IMG/VR virus record: IMGVR_UViG_3300027708_000034
Location: 18,332 to 82,331 of that record
Length of the DNA: 64,000 nt
Direction: 5' to 3' (one strand)
Source: a virus
Lineage: Duplodnaviria > Heunggongvirae > Uroviricota > Caudoviricetes
Shown here: piece after piece, positions 35,019 through 45,054 of the stretch
How positions within the stretch are numbered: position 1 is the stretch's first letter
How the letters are laid out: the number at the start of each line of letters is the position of its first letter
Program-made: the position numbers and the translations under genes
Notes under the pieces: generated by a model
Seen by the model: the letters and a program-made list of their open reading frames with translations, nothing else
Told to the model about the DNA's origin: nothing
Database searches by the model: none

Positions 35019-35443
35019 ATCTGTTCAATCTTTACACCCGATGACACAAGGAACTTAACACCGCCAGTGTCCCGATAAGAATTACGGTATAGTACGTGCC
35101 CAATGCCGCTTTGATGTATAAGTTTGGCACATTCCATACATGGAGCATGGGTAACGAACATAGTAGCACCCAAGCCACTGTTAGTAGATTTTGCCAATTT
35201 GGCGATTGCATTAGATTCTGCATGTAGTACCTCTGGTTTGGTTTTAAGTACAGGGCCCTTTGTATCATATCCTACAATATTTTCGCAGTTGTTATCCCAA
35301 CCTGCAGGCATGCCATTGTACCCGTAACTGATCACACAGTCGTCATTGACGATGACTGCACCCACTTGCAGTCTTTTAGCATGGCTAAGTTCAGCTGTGC
35401 GCTCAGCCCATGCCATGTAAAGATCTATGAATTTCTGTTTCAT
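35015..35443 (-). CDS. cd: dCMP deaminase (cytidine/deoxycytidylate deaminase zinc-binding family)
   Basis: HAESNAI ... THAPCMECAKLI (H-A-E and PCxxC zinc ligands). Size 142 aa as in phage dCMP deaminases. Confidence 0.85.
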   Translation of the reverse strand: MKQKFIDLYMAWAERTAELSHAKRLQVGAVIVNDDCVISYGYNGMPAGWDNNCENIVGYDTKGPVLKTKPEVLHAESNAIAKLAKSTNSGLGATMFVTHAPCMECAKLIHQSGIGHVLYRNSYRDTGGVKFLVSSGVKIEQI

Positions 35444-35469
35444 GTACTAATTATACATGAAAATTGGCC

Positions 35470-36528
35470 TTATGTCAAGGGCAATATTTCAACAGCACAG
35501 AAAGTCAGTGGTATGGTTATAACAGTCCAACTCAACAGGGTTTCTAAACTTGGAATGAGGGCTTTTAATATGTCAACTATTGCTTGGATGAATGCTTTGA
35601 TGATGGAGATAACATAGTTCTGCACCCAAACTTTGATATCAACTAGCATTTGGCGGAAATTTAAATCAGGCTTTTGGGGGTTGAACCAAGGTGGTGTCCA
35701 ATCAAATGGCCTCAGTTTCAGTATGGGTATTTCAAAATCACGTAAGATAGCCATTATCTCTTCGTATGTTAACAACAGTTTACCGTAGTAGTTTCTTGCA
35801 AATTCTAAGATCCATTCTTTGATCTGTTCTAGGGTAGGCGGGTTCAATATGAAATCCAGAATTTTTCCAAAAATTTGTTCTTTGATTGTCTTCCACAATG
35901 TGGCAAATATAGTCCTGCCTTGGTTAACAACTTCATCGTATATTTCCAGTGCTAGTTGTATGAGGCCAATTATCTTGCCAACCGTTTTAATAACTATATC
36001 CCATAGCGCATGTACGATGGCAGACATAATCTGCTCTATGATTTTTTGGGGACTTTCTACATTATCAAACCAAGGCCAACCGAGACCCAGAGATTTTAAA
36101 AGTGCTTCTAGTTCTGCTTTGGCATTGTCCCAAAGATATTGGATTCTTGCTTTTATTTTATCATAGAGACCGGGCTTGAACAAATCACCTATAGTTAGAT
36201 CTAAAATTGGTAATCGATAGTCCAGCACCTCATCTATGAGGTCGCCCAAGAACTCCAGAATTGCCATTAGTACGTCCCATATAGGTTTGAATATGGCCCG
36301 CATGAGCTCGTCAAAAAGTCTAGATATAGCTGCTTTTATATCACTGACTGGATCGATGACACCAAACCCCTTACATTCAGCATTGACAATAGGTATGGCG
36401 ATTCCGTCTATTCGATACTTGTCCTTGCCTGGAAATGAAGTCATGATGGTATCAGACAAGGTCTGCATGTTCAGAGCTTTCTTAAGATCGATTACGATTT
36501 CACCATCTATTGGTATATGTTTATACAT
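35470..36528 (-). CDS. Hypothetical alpha-helical protein (352 aa)
   Basis: Long ORF rich in I/L/E/K heptad-like repeats. Confidence 0.5.
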   Translation of the reverse strand: MYKHIPIDGEIVIDLKKALNMQTLSDTIMTSFPGKDKYRIDGIAIPIVNAECKGFGVIDPVSDIKAAISRLFDELMRAIFKPIWDVLMAILEFLGDLIDEVLDYRLPILDLTIGDLFKPGLYDKIKARIQYLWDNAKAELEALLKSLGLGWPWFDNVESPQKIIEQIMSAIVHALWDIVIKTVGKIIGLIQLALEIYDEVVNQGRTIFATLWKTIKEQIFGKILDFILNPPTLEQIKEWILEFARNYYGKLLLTYEEIMAILRDFEIPILKLRPFDWTPPWFNPQKPDLNFRQMLVDIKVWVQNYVISIIKAFIQAIVDILKALIPSLETLLSWTVITIPLTFCAVEILPLT

Positions 36529-36811
36529 TGCTTTCTATTCTGGCCATGTTCTTTGTGTATTCTTCTGCTGCGTCGAGTTTGGCTGGCACCATGGAATATA
36601 CGTGTGTCATCTTGATATTTACCACACTGGCATCACCTAGTGCAAACCATGGAATTGCCCCCGCACCCTCTTCTGATACAGCAACCACCATGGGATTGGT
36701 CAATGTTACTGATTCGGCAGTTGAATCTAGTAGTCTAGCAATTAATTCATCTCCATTTAAAATCCTGAGACTCACGATAGATCCCGGAGTCATTGCTTTT
36801 GATTTTAACAT
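36521..36811 (-). CDS. Hypothetical protein (96 aa)
   Basis: ORF only. Confidence 0.4.
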   Translation of the reverse strand: MLKSKAMTPGSIVSLRILNGDELIARLLDSTAESVTLTNPMVVAVSEEGAGAIPWFALGDASVVNIKMTHVYSMVPAKLDAAEEYTKNMARIESNV

Positions 36812-36812
36812 T

Positions 36813-37262
36813 TTATTCCTTGGTTTCTTTTGGTATTTCGCATAATGCCTCTAACAACTTGTAGTGATCGTATGCTTTCTTCAGTGCTTCAAAGTGTTCT
36901 AATTTTTCTGGGTCTGGTACGAGTATGGCCAAACGCTTGCTCATTGCTTCCATAAACTCGCCAAGGTCTCGCTTGTTTATCGTAACCCGGCCTTCAAACT
37001 CAGCATCACCTTTAATTTGTACCGATGATTTTGTGGTACCAATATTACTCCAATTTGGGAGGCTGGTGGTGCCGATCGTGTAGGGAGAAGTTGTCCACAT
37101 AGGGCTGGTGCTGTTGGTAGTGAGAACCGAGCCGCTTGCGCCAACGCTATAAGTTCCATTGACACCTGTGCTTGATCCAATACCTACATTATAATCAGGA
37201 TATGGACCAATGATAGAAGAATTGTCTATGTTCCACTGATCTATATCCTTAATATCGCTCAT
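36813..37262 (-). CDS. Hypothetical Ser/Thr/Gly-rich protein
   Basis: ORF. Low-complexity N-terminal half. Confidence 0.45.
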   Translation of the reverse strand: MSDIKDIDQWNIDNSSIIGPYPDYNVGIGSSTGVNGTYSVGASGSVLTTNSTSPMWTTSPYTIGTTSLPNWSNIGTTKSSVQIKGDAEFEGRVTINKRDLGEFMEAMSKRLAILVPDPEKLEHFEALKKAYDHYKLLEALCEIPKETKE

Positions 37263-37480
37263 TTCAAATACTCTTTCAATTCGTTGTATCCTCCTACATG
37301 TCCATCTTCGATAAAGATTTGCGGAACACTACGAGCATTGGGTACTGCTTCTAACAGTTCTTCTCGACTAAATCCATCACCGATCTTGCGTTCTTCAATT
37401 TCATAACCTTTAGATTTTAGCAATGCATGTGCTTGATCACAGTAAGGGCAGTGATACTTACTCCATAATACGGCTTTCAT
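37259..37480 (-). CDS. Glutaredoxin (CPYC active site), likely the RNR reductant
   Basis: KYHCPYCDQA ... SVPQIFIEDGHVGGYNEL: canonical Grx fold motifs. Adjacent to nrdB/nrdA. Confidence 0.8.
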   Translation of the reverse strand: MKAVLWSKYHCPYCDQAHALLKSKGYEIEERKIGDGFSREELLEAVPNARSVPQIFIEDGHVGGYNELKEYLK

Positions 37481-37689
37481 TTTTTATCTCCAATTTTGAT
37501 AATACATGGGCTGTCGATTCTGTCGGATACTTTCTTGACACGCACACTCCAGTCCGCCAGTTGATAACTCAACCAATCTAAAAAACGCACACGGAGGCAA
37601 CGATTCTTTTCTTCGATTCGTTCGAACTCCTTCATCACCTTACTGATTACTTTAAAATCTTCAGTTTCTCTTAATTTTTCATTTAACAT
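37477..37689 (-). CDS. Small hypothetical protein
   Basis: ORF between the glutaredoxin gene and nrdB. Confidence 0.4.
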   Translation of the reverse strand: MLNEKLRETEDFKVISKVMKEFERIEEKNRCLRVRFLDWLSYQLADWSVRVKKVSDRIDSPCIIKIGDKK

Positions 37690-37700
37690 TTTTGTTTCCT

Positions 37701-38834
37701 TTATAAGTCAGGTAATTCATCATAGCTGACGTTGTCACTCATCACACCAATAACATAGTTGGTGCTTTCAGTTTCCTGTAGAGCACTTTGCTTCTTGCCA
37801 ATATTGACATGCTTGTTGAACCATGGAATAGGACTGCTACGTGGATGCTCTTCAGCATACTTGATACCAATGTCTTTTAGTCTGACGAATGCAGTATGAT
37901 CCACAAAGTCTTTGAGAATAGCAGCATTGAGACCAATCACTGGACCTTTCTTGAACAAGTAGTCTGCCCAGGCCTTTTCTTCTTCTATGACCTCTATATA
38001 CATAGCATATACTTCCTCACGGCATTCTTCAACTATTTCGGCAAAACGTTCATCATCTTTTACCACATTGTTGATCAACCAAGCGGTCCACTCTGCATGT
38101 AGTAATTCGTCCTGCAAGATTAGGCTGATGATATTGCCATTGCCAATGTAGATCTTGTTCTCTACCATGGCCAAACTGGTGGCAAATGACACCATAAAGC
38201 GGAATGCCTCCAGTGCATAACTGGCATTGAGTGCCAACCAGATGGCCTTAATATGACTACGATCACTGACTGATCCAGGATTTACTTCCTTGAAACAATT
38301 TAGTTCATGCAGCTTGTCATAGTGATTGCCAACACTAGCTGCCATGTCTACTATTTCAGATGTGTCATGTATGGTGTTGAATACGTCTTTTGGCACACCA
38401 TAGACATTGCGGATGATATGACTGTAGCTCTTGCTGTGTATATTTGTCTCGAAGAAACTCCAGTTGCTTACCAGTGCTTCAAGTTCAGGCAAGCTGATCA
38501 CAGGACTGAAGATCTGACTCGGAGCACGACCTTGGATACTGTCTAGTGCTGTCTGTCGTAGCAGGTTACTGGTGAAGATATGCTTGACGGCATCACTAGC
38601 ATCCTTGTGATCTATTTTATCTTTGGTCAAACTGATCTCCTCTGGCACCCAAAAGAACCCACGGGCTAATTCTTCAAACTTGGCTATGCGTGGATACTTG
38701 ACTTCTTCAAAACGCTGTACAGTTACAGGACCCTCTGGATCCAAAAACATCTTGCGTTTTAGATAGTTTGTTTGTTTTGATAAATTGTATTGTTCTTTTG
38801 ACATAATATTTCCTATAATTTGCAGGCCTCGCAA
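37701..38834 (-). CDS. nrdB: Ribonucleotide reductase class Ia small (beta) subunit
   Basis: Ferritin-like diiron motifs (…ELLHAEWTAWL…) and the C-terminal tail. Overlaps nrdA by 22 nt. Confidence 0.9.
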   Translation of the reverse strand: MRGLQIIGNIMSKEQYNLSKQTNYLKRKMFLDPEGPVTVQRFEEVKYPRIAKFEELARGFFWVPEEISLTKDKIDHKDASDAVKHIFTSNLLRQTALDSIQGRAPSQIFSPVISLPELEALVSNWSFFETNIHSKSYSHIIRNVYGVPKDVFNTIHDTSEIVDMAASVGNHYDKLHELNCFKEVNPGSVSDRSHIKAIWLALNASYALEAFRFMVSFATSLAMVENKIYIGNGNIISLILQDELLHAEWTAWLINNVVKDDERFAEIVEECREEVYAMYIEVIEEEKAWADYLFKKGPVIGLNAAILKDFVDHTAFVRLKDIGIKYAEEHPRSSPIPWFNKHVNIGKKQSALQETESTNYVIGVMSDNVSYDELPDL

Positions 38835-41140
38835 TTTTCTTCATCTTCACTATAAATCGTAACAGGTTCCGCTGCTATTAATCTATCACTTTGTGTGTTT
38901 AATATATTCTTACTACCTACTTTGTCGATAAGTGAGTAGTACATGGTCTTAAGACCCCACTTGTAGGCCAACATTAGGTTCTTGGCAATTAATGTGCCCG
39001 GAACCTTGCCATCTTTGAAATGACGTGGACTGTAGAATGTATTGGTACTTAGGCTTTGATCAATGTACACTGCTAATACTGCTGATGTCTTTAAGTATTC
39101 AACACAGTCAGTCTGTTCCCACATGAGTTGATAACGGTTCTTTAGTCGTCGATATTCTGGAACCACCTGTACAAAACTACCTGCTTTACTTTCTTTAACA
39201 CTGATCAGTTCCATGGGCATTTCGATGCCATTAGTGCTGTTGAGAACAACACTGGAACTCTCTACAGGAGCCACAGCCATCAATGTAGCATTACGTATTC
39301 CATACTTCTTCATACGCTCACGTAGTGGTTCCCAATCCATGCTAGGTGTAAAGTCTGTTAGTTCGTTAACACCTTTGGCCCTACGCTCCCAGGGAAATAC
39401 TCCCCGACCGTAATAGGTGTGTTCGCTACGCAGACATGGGCCACGCTCTTGGGCCAATTCCACACTGGTTTCGGTTAGGTAGTATGCTTGATGTTCCATC
39501 CAACGCTTGACTTCGGCCAGTGCTTCTGGAGTGCCATATTTAAAACTGCGACGAGCATGCCAATAAGCCAAGTTGGTGATGCCAACACCAAGAGGCTCAA
39601 AATCTGTATTAGCCAACTTGCTCTGTATGCTTAGGAAGTCTTGATAGTTTAGTAGATTACTAAGGCTACGCACTAGTACACGGCAAGCCTTTCGCATCTC
39701 TTGCGGGTTACGGAAGGCGCCCCAGTTTATGCTGCCAAGAGTGCAAAGAGCAATGCGCCCATCTGGATCTTCAATTCTCTGGAAAGGTCGCGTGGGTAGA
39801 AGTATTTCCTGGCATAGATTTGATTGGTAAATGGGATCAAGCGTTGTATCAAATGAACCCTGATTGATGACGTTGTCGATATTGACAAGATAAATGCGCC
39901 CCGTATCAGTACGCTCTTTAAGAATGCCATTTTTGAATATCTCATCTGCCGATATGCGTTTCTTTTTAATTGTCGGATGCTTTTCATAGTTGATATATAA
40001 AGTTTCAAATTCTTTGATGTCTCTGTAATAGGCCTCGTATAGGTCCGGAACATCATGCGGGTCAAATAATGTAACCATCTCTCCACGCTTGTAACGATTC
40101 CAGAACATGGCATTGACTACTACTGAGTAATCCATTTGACGCACACGAGTTTCATCTGTACCTTGATTGTTCTTCAATACAATAAGGTCTTCGAACTGAT
40201 AATGCCAAATAGGGAATGTGACTGTGCAACTTGCATTGCGTATACCACCTTGACTACAACTACGCAGATCAGCAAACCATTTCTTCAGGAATGGTATCAT
40301 ACCCGTATGCTTGATCTCACCGTTGCGGATTGGAGCACCTACGGGTCTGATTCTGCCAATTTCAAGGCCAATTCCGGCTCGTTTTGACGCATATTTGGCC
40401 ATCATTTCACCACTAGCGAAGATACTGTCCAAAGTATCATCACTGCTGATAAGTACACAGCTACTGAACTGCTTAGTAGTAGTACCAAGCCCAGCAAGCA
40501 CAGGTGTAGCCAACGTGAAATGCCCTGCGCTGGCACATTCATAATATTCTTTAACATACTTGAGTCTAGCCTCCTTGGGTTCGTTGTGGAATGCTGTTGC
40601 TGCGGCAATAGCATATCGTACCTGAGGAGTCTCGAATATCTGTCCAGTGGCACGATTCTGTACTAGATACTTTTCACATAACTGCGCTATGGCAGCATAG
40701 GTGTAGGTTTCGTCTTTGTCATGATCAATAAAGAGATCAATGATATTCCATTCATCTTCTGTATACCAGTCTAGTAGTTCTGTAGTATACATGCCCGATG
40801 TTACATTTTGTTTTACGATATCATAAAGTTTAGGCGGCTCGTATTCGCCATACACTTCTTTGCGTAGCATACTGACTCGCTGTCTACCTGCTACATATTG
40901 GTAGTTGACATTGTTTATTTCTGGATTTTCTGTTTCGTCAATCAAATCTACCATGGCCTTGAGCAAGAGTTGATCTATCGTCTCTGTGGTCATCCCGTCG
41001 TGTAGTTCTATTTGGGCTTTGATCTCTACCATGCTTGGGCTAACACCGTCTATGCCCTTACATGCATGGGCCACTTGCCTCTGTATTTTGCTAATATCTA
41101 AAGGTACTTTTACCCCATTTCTTTTGACCACTGTGATCAT
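38813..41140 (-). CDS. nrdA: Ribonucleotide reductase class Ia large (alpha) subunit with N-terminal ATP-cone
   Basis: MITVVKRNGVKVPLDISKI ATP-cone start. Catalytic-core Cys/Asn/Glu region. C-terminal CxxC tail (CEACKL). Confidence 0.9.
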   Translation of the reverse strand: MITVVKRNGVKVPLDISKIQRQVAHACKGIDGVSPSMVEIKAQIELHDGMTTETIDQLLLKAMVDLIDETENPEINNVNYQYVAGRQRVSMLRKEVYGEYEPPKLYDIVKQNVTSGMYTTELLDWYTEDEWNIIDLFIDHDKDETYTYAAIAQLCEKYLVQNRATGQIFETPQVRYAIAAATAFHNEPKEARLKYVKEYYECASAGHFTLATPVLAGLGTTTKQFSSCVLISSDDTLDSIFASGEMMAKYASKRAGIGLEIGRIRPVGAPIRNGEIKHTGMIPFLKKWFADLRSCSQGGIRNASCTVTFPIWHYQFEDLIVLKNNQGTDETRVRQMDYSVVVNAMFWNRYKRGEMVTLFDPHDVPDLYEAYYRDIKEFETLYINYEKHPTIKKKRISADEIFKNGILKERTDTGRIYLVNIDNVINQGSFDTTLDPIYQSNLCQEILLPTRPFQRIEDPDGRIALCTLGSINWGAFRNPQEMRKACRVLVRSLSNLLNYQDFLSIQSKLANTDFEPLGVGITNLAYWHARRSFKYGTPEALAEVKRWMEHQAYYLTETSVELAQERGPCLRSEHTYYGRGVFPWERRAKGVNELTDFTPSMDWEPLRERMKKYGIRNATLMAVAPVESSSVVLNSTNGIEMPMELISVKESKAGSFVQVVPEYRRLKNRYQLMWEQTDCVEYLKTSAVLAVYIDQSLSTNTFYSPRHFKDGKVPGTLIAKNLMLAYKWGLKTMYYSLIDKVGSKNILNTQSDRLIAAEPVTIYSEDEENCEACKL

Positions 41141-41175
41141 GTTTTTCTTACCTTTTTAATGTGCTGAGATAATAT

Positions 41176-41604
41176 TTACCGAGAAGCGTTAACTTCGATT
41201 AGATTTTCTATCAAAAGTGACTCGGGGATGGATTCTTTGCTTATTACCCCTTTATCGTCGATGGCCCATTTATCGTCAATGCACACTACATTGTAACAAA
41301 TGCTTTTGGAACTGTCTACTAATGTGTGTACTTCTATCACTGAGTTTTTAAATCTTTGAGTGTATTTTATGGTATACGCTATCATCAAAGATCGAGTAAA
41401 ATCATCATATTTGTTTTCAGCAATGATTTCCCAGGGTGTAGGCCAACTGTTTTGATTATAGGGATCAATATTTCTATTGTAGGGAATGAATGGAGCCTGA
41501 CTCCAAAAATCAAATGTGGCTATCAATGGGTCTGAGCTGTCTTCTAAAGCCGATCGATGATCCGCCCATGACGATAGCCTATCTTCTGTAGATAGAGTGA
41601 ACAT
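41176..41604 (-). CDS. Hypothetical protein (142 aa)
   Basis: ORF only. Confidence 0.45.
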   Translation of the reverse strand: MFTLSTEDRLSSWADHRSALEDSSDPLIATFDFWSQAPFIPYNRNIDPYNQNSWPTPWEIIAENKYDDFTRSLMIAYTIKYTQRFKNSVIEVHTLVDSSKSICYNVVCIDDKWAIDDKGVISKESIPESLLIENLIEVNASR

Positions 41605-41605
41605 G

Positions 41606-43921
41606 TTATTTCTGAAAAATTTCTGTTTGGAAAGTTATATTATATGTTACACCTGAGCTAGTGTTTACTACTCCGGTGCTGTCGCAATTTAATGTAATGA
41701 AATTAGATGCTGTATTAATGTAGGTTCCAAATATAGGATTATCAGCAGTTAACAGTGACCAGCGTTCAGTGGGGTAGATAACAGGATCATAATTAAATTG
41801 TGGATTAGAACTCTGAGTAACGATTTGGAATGTAGAGGAAGTAATCGCAGATATAGAAATTACATAAGCAGCTTGCCCAGAAAAATCATTATTCCCGGTA
41901 ACATACAATGTGCTATTTCCGCCATTGATATTTTTACTGACCAAATCATTAAAGACTGCCAGGCGCCCGGGTGAATTAGCAGTGACTAAAAGAGAATCAT
42001 ACGATGAATTATTATCAGCTAATAAATTATTTGTGTAGGCTACATTATATGGAGATTGTTCTTCTGTGTATATGTAGTTGTCTGACACACTGACCGGACT
42101 GGTAGACGTTGAATTGGCTCTAACATTCAACGATGCAGTGCCTTTTCTAGATAAAAATTCGTTACTCATCTGATATTTTACTTCGATGAGTTGCTCAGTA
42201 CCAGTCAATGGGAAACTGACAACGGGAGTTATCTGATTATTTGGTACTGTGATTGATCTTGCTGTTTGATCTTGTATGTTAGTTGAGCCTTTGGCCACTA
42301 AATTATAAAAGAATGTGGTCGATGTTGTCCCAGTCGTGGCTTCAAAAGATCTATTAAAAAAATCATTAGAACTTAAATTGCCTTGACTACCAAATTCTAT
42401 GATCGGATATGCTGAGTAAGTTATATTACTATCGCTCACACCTTTGGTAGGCTGTTCTAACCCGTTGCCAACCTGTGTAAAATAATTGTAGGAACTTAGA
42501 ACATTACTTGGCATATTGTTAGGATTGCTGCCAACCATTATACCCTGCTTGTAAACAGTGTCGAAAATATTTCTTGTAATTTGTACACTCAACGGTCCGT
42601 TGGCAGTATTATTAGCAGAGTCTGTATACAATTTAATTCCGTTATAGGAATTTCTAAAAGTACTATTTGTGATCACTGTCTTGAATGTTGAACCAGTGCT
42701 TATCACACCTGTAACTAGACTGTTAAAATCGCAATCTATCAATTGCGTGTTTTCACTGAAAGGTATGTTATTGGAGTTGGCATTAGCACCACCATCATCC
42801 TGAGTTCGCACATATACACCGGTGCCACCGCCCTCAAAAATATACACTGAATATACCTCACTCGGGCTTGATCCAAAATTCATAGCAATACCAGATGCCG
42901 ATGAAGTGGTAACCATTCTAATAAAGCCACCGGCATATGAGAAACTGCTGACTTCGACTGCGATATCACTGTATAAAGAATTGCCGGTTATCATGTACTT
43001 TGCATTTTGAGATAGGCCGGCTAGTGCAGGGTATGTTGCGGTTCCTGCGACGAATAAATTTTGTGTAGACCCAGATGCTGTGCTGGCTCCGGTGACTACG
43101 GTGGTAAACCCAGTATAAGTACTGCCAGTAAATCTCACTGATCGTGCAATGGCATTGCGAGTATTGTCAAAACTTAATAGACTCTTGGTTGACCGTGTAC
43201 CAGTGTTAAATGCCAGAGTCATATTTTCGATGCATATGTTGAACGGATTTACGAACTGGTTATTAGACGATGCCATACTGCCAAATGTATTTCCCTGTTT
43301 ATCAACAGTCTGCATCAAGTTAACTGAATCATTGATTAAATTTAACACAGTTATATCTTTGCCCTCACCTACTAGATGAGTGTTTGGCGGTAGATTTAAT
43401 GCTGAGTGTACATAATAATTTCCTGCCGGTATTTTTAAAACACGTGGCATATATGTGGTAACCGTATTAGCATAGAGATCTTTTAACACAGCATTGGTCA
43501 ACAATGTTATGTCACGGCCCACTGGTGGCCATATGTCACTGAAATCTGCTAGGCTAACTGTTTGATCCAATTTAAGCGCCATGCTGATTGATGGTCGTTT
43601 TTGCCCCACATATAAAGCATTTACATTGGCAAATGTTGCTGTGGTGACTCCGTCCTGTACTCCAAACTCTCGATATTGGTAGCTGCTGGTGCTAGCCACT
43701 GTGCTGCCCGGAGCGATCATGGCAAACACATTCACTAGATCATTTTCAGTTAATATGCGTGTATTATTATCATCCTTGGCACCCTCGATGATACGCTTGC
43801 CAATATATAAGTGCTCAGTGTCTTCTGCCCAGCCCAGTTCTCCCGGCGCTAGTTGTGGAACCCCGGTTACTGATTCTTGTCCACGTCTAACTTGTATGCG
43901 GGCAATCTCTATTACAGCCAT
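41606..43921 (-). CDS. Tail fiber/tailspike protein with conserved phage-fiber N-terminal domain and right-handed beta-helix
   Basis: N-terminus IQVRRGQESVTGVPQLAPGELGWAEDTEHLYIG (the RRG...P.L..GE.G...DT..LYIG pattern seen in Mtd_N-type fiber N-termini). Repetitive N/S/T/G-rich beta-helix-like body. Confidence 0.55.
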   Translation of the reverse strand: MAVIEIARIQVRRGQESVTGVPQLAPGELGWAEDTEHLYIGKRIIEGAKDDNNTRILTENDLVNVFAMIAPGSTVASTSSYQYREFGVQDGVTTATFANVNALYVGQKRPSISMALKLDQTVSLADFSDIWPPVGRDITLLTNAVLKDLYANTVTTYMPRVLKIPAGNYYVHSALNLPPNTHLVGEGKDITVLNLINDSVNLMQTVDKQGNTFGSMASSNNQFVNPFNICIENMTLAFNTGTRSTKSLLSFDNTRNAIARSVRFTGSTYTGFTTVVTGASTASGSTQNLFVAGTATYPALAGLSQNAKYMITGNSLYSDIAVEVSSFSYAGGFIRMVTTSSASGIAMNFGSSPSEVYSVYIFEGGGTGVYVRTQDDGGANANSNNIPFSENTQLIDCDFNSLVTGVISTGSTFKTVITNSTFRNSYNGIKLYTDSANNTANGPLSVQITRNIFDTVYKQGIMVGSNPNNMPSNVLSSYNYFTQVGNGLEQPTKGVSDSNITYSAYPIIEFGSQGNLSSNDFFNRSFEATTGTTSTTFFYNLVAKGSTNIQDQTARSITVPNNQITPVVSFPLTGTEQLIEVKYQMSNEFLSRKGTASLNVRANSTSTSPVSVSDNYIYTEEQSPYNVAYTNNLLADNNSSYDSLLVTANSPGRLAVFNDLVSKNINGGNSTLYVTGNNDFSGQAAYVISISAITSSTFQIVTQSSNPQFNYDPVIYPTERWSLLTADNPIFGTYINTASNFITLNCDSTGVVNTSSGVTYNITFQTEIFQK

Positions 43922-43964
43922 ATTATCTCTCCTGATATTCTATTTATCGCGGAAGCTGTCTAGA

Positions 43965-44663
43965 CTAGGCTGTGAGTTTGTAATATTCTTCTACTTTGGC
44001 AAGCCAGAGATCTTGATACTTGTTGAAGTCTTTAGGTTCTAGTGTAAATTGCTGATATTGTAGATCTCTGCTGCACATGAATATAACACCCTTGCGTATG
44101 TTGGTTTTGTAAACTTCATTGTGTGCTAATATGTAAGCAGTTAATTGCAGATAATAATCGTCGACCCATTCTGCTTTTTTAGGCTTGTTAGTCTGTTTGT
44201 GATCACATACTGCCGGTTCATCTTCATGCACACCGATCAAGTCGGTGGTGCCGCTGTATAATCCGGGAAAGTAAAGACTCTGTTCCATGGCCCATACTTC
44301 ACTCATTTTATTGAGTCCGTTTTCAATAATGATATTGGCCATCTTGTTGGCTTGTACATGTACAGGATTATTACCGGGTTGTCTCTGTTCCCCAATTAAA
44401 AATCGTTCCAAGTTGGCGTGCATGGCTGTCCCTACTCCGGCTGCCTCTGTAGTAATTTGCTGTGCCTTGGCGTGTCCAATACGGTCGCGCCATTCATTGA
44501 GTGCAGTCATGTCTTTGGTTGCACCCAAAATAGTAGTAACGCTGGGCAAACTTTCTCCATCAGGAGTTCGGTAAACTCGTTTACGAGTTACAGGATCGTT
44601 TATCTGTTGACAGTTTTTATATTGGAATCGTTCGATGAACGGGGGAGGATTATAGTTATTCAT
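43965..44663 (-). CDS. PD-(D/E)xK nuclease (RecB/Cas4-like fold)
   Basis: D...EDEPAVCDHKQTNK (D-x(n)-E-x-K) and QLTAYILAH (Q-h-x-x-Y) motifs. Confidence 0.55.
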   Translation of the reverse strand: MNNYNPPPFIERFQYKNCQQINDPVTRKRVYRTPDGESLPSVTTILGATKDMTALNEWRDRIGHAKAQQITTEAAGVGTAMHANLERFLIGEQRQPGNNPVHVQANKMANIIIENGLNKMSEVWAMEQSLYFPGLYSGTTDLIGVHEDEPAVCDHKQTNKPKKAEWVDDYYLQLTAYILAHNEVYKTNIRKGVIFMCSRDLQYQQFTLEPKDFNKYQDLWLAKVEEYYKLTA

Positions 44664-44700
44664 ATAGTGTAATTATAACACTACATGATCTATATAGCAA

Positions 44701-45054
44701 CTATCTGGTTACGCTTTTGGCATTATGCGCTGCCATTTGATCCACTGATGGGCCTGTGGGTTGTCCAGCGCCGGGACTTAATTGATCGCTAGGCGTGTCG
44801 GTATTGAGTATGACTGTTCCATCAGGAGTTACTTCAGCCACTACTTTACCTTGTGGATCTATATCTTTGAAAATTGCCTGTAGTGCCTGTTGGCTTTCGG
44901 GGCCGCCGTTGCCAATGGCATAGTCGAAATCTGAAAATGCATGTTGGACTAGACCAAAGGGCAGCTCTGAATCGCGCCCCTGTTCGTTGGCCAAGTCCTG
45001 TAGCACTTTGAGTACAGACCTAGCACTACCTAGGTCTATTTCGAAGAATCTCAT
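44701..45054 (-). CDS. Hypothetical protein (117 aa)
   Basis: ORF only. Confidence 0.45.
   Translation of the reverse strand: MRFFEIDLGSARSVLKVLQDLANEQGRDSELPFGLVQHAFSDFDYAIGNGGPESQQALQAIFKDIDPQGKVVAEVTPDGTVILNTDTPSDQLSPGAGQPTGPSVDQMAAHNAKSVTR

Noticed and set aside
39727-40653. ORFs nested in nrdA on either strand (39727-40113, 40136-40544, 40402-40653)
   Set aside because: They lie within the conserved RNR large-subunit coding region and are frame-shadow artifacts.
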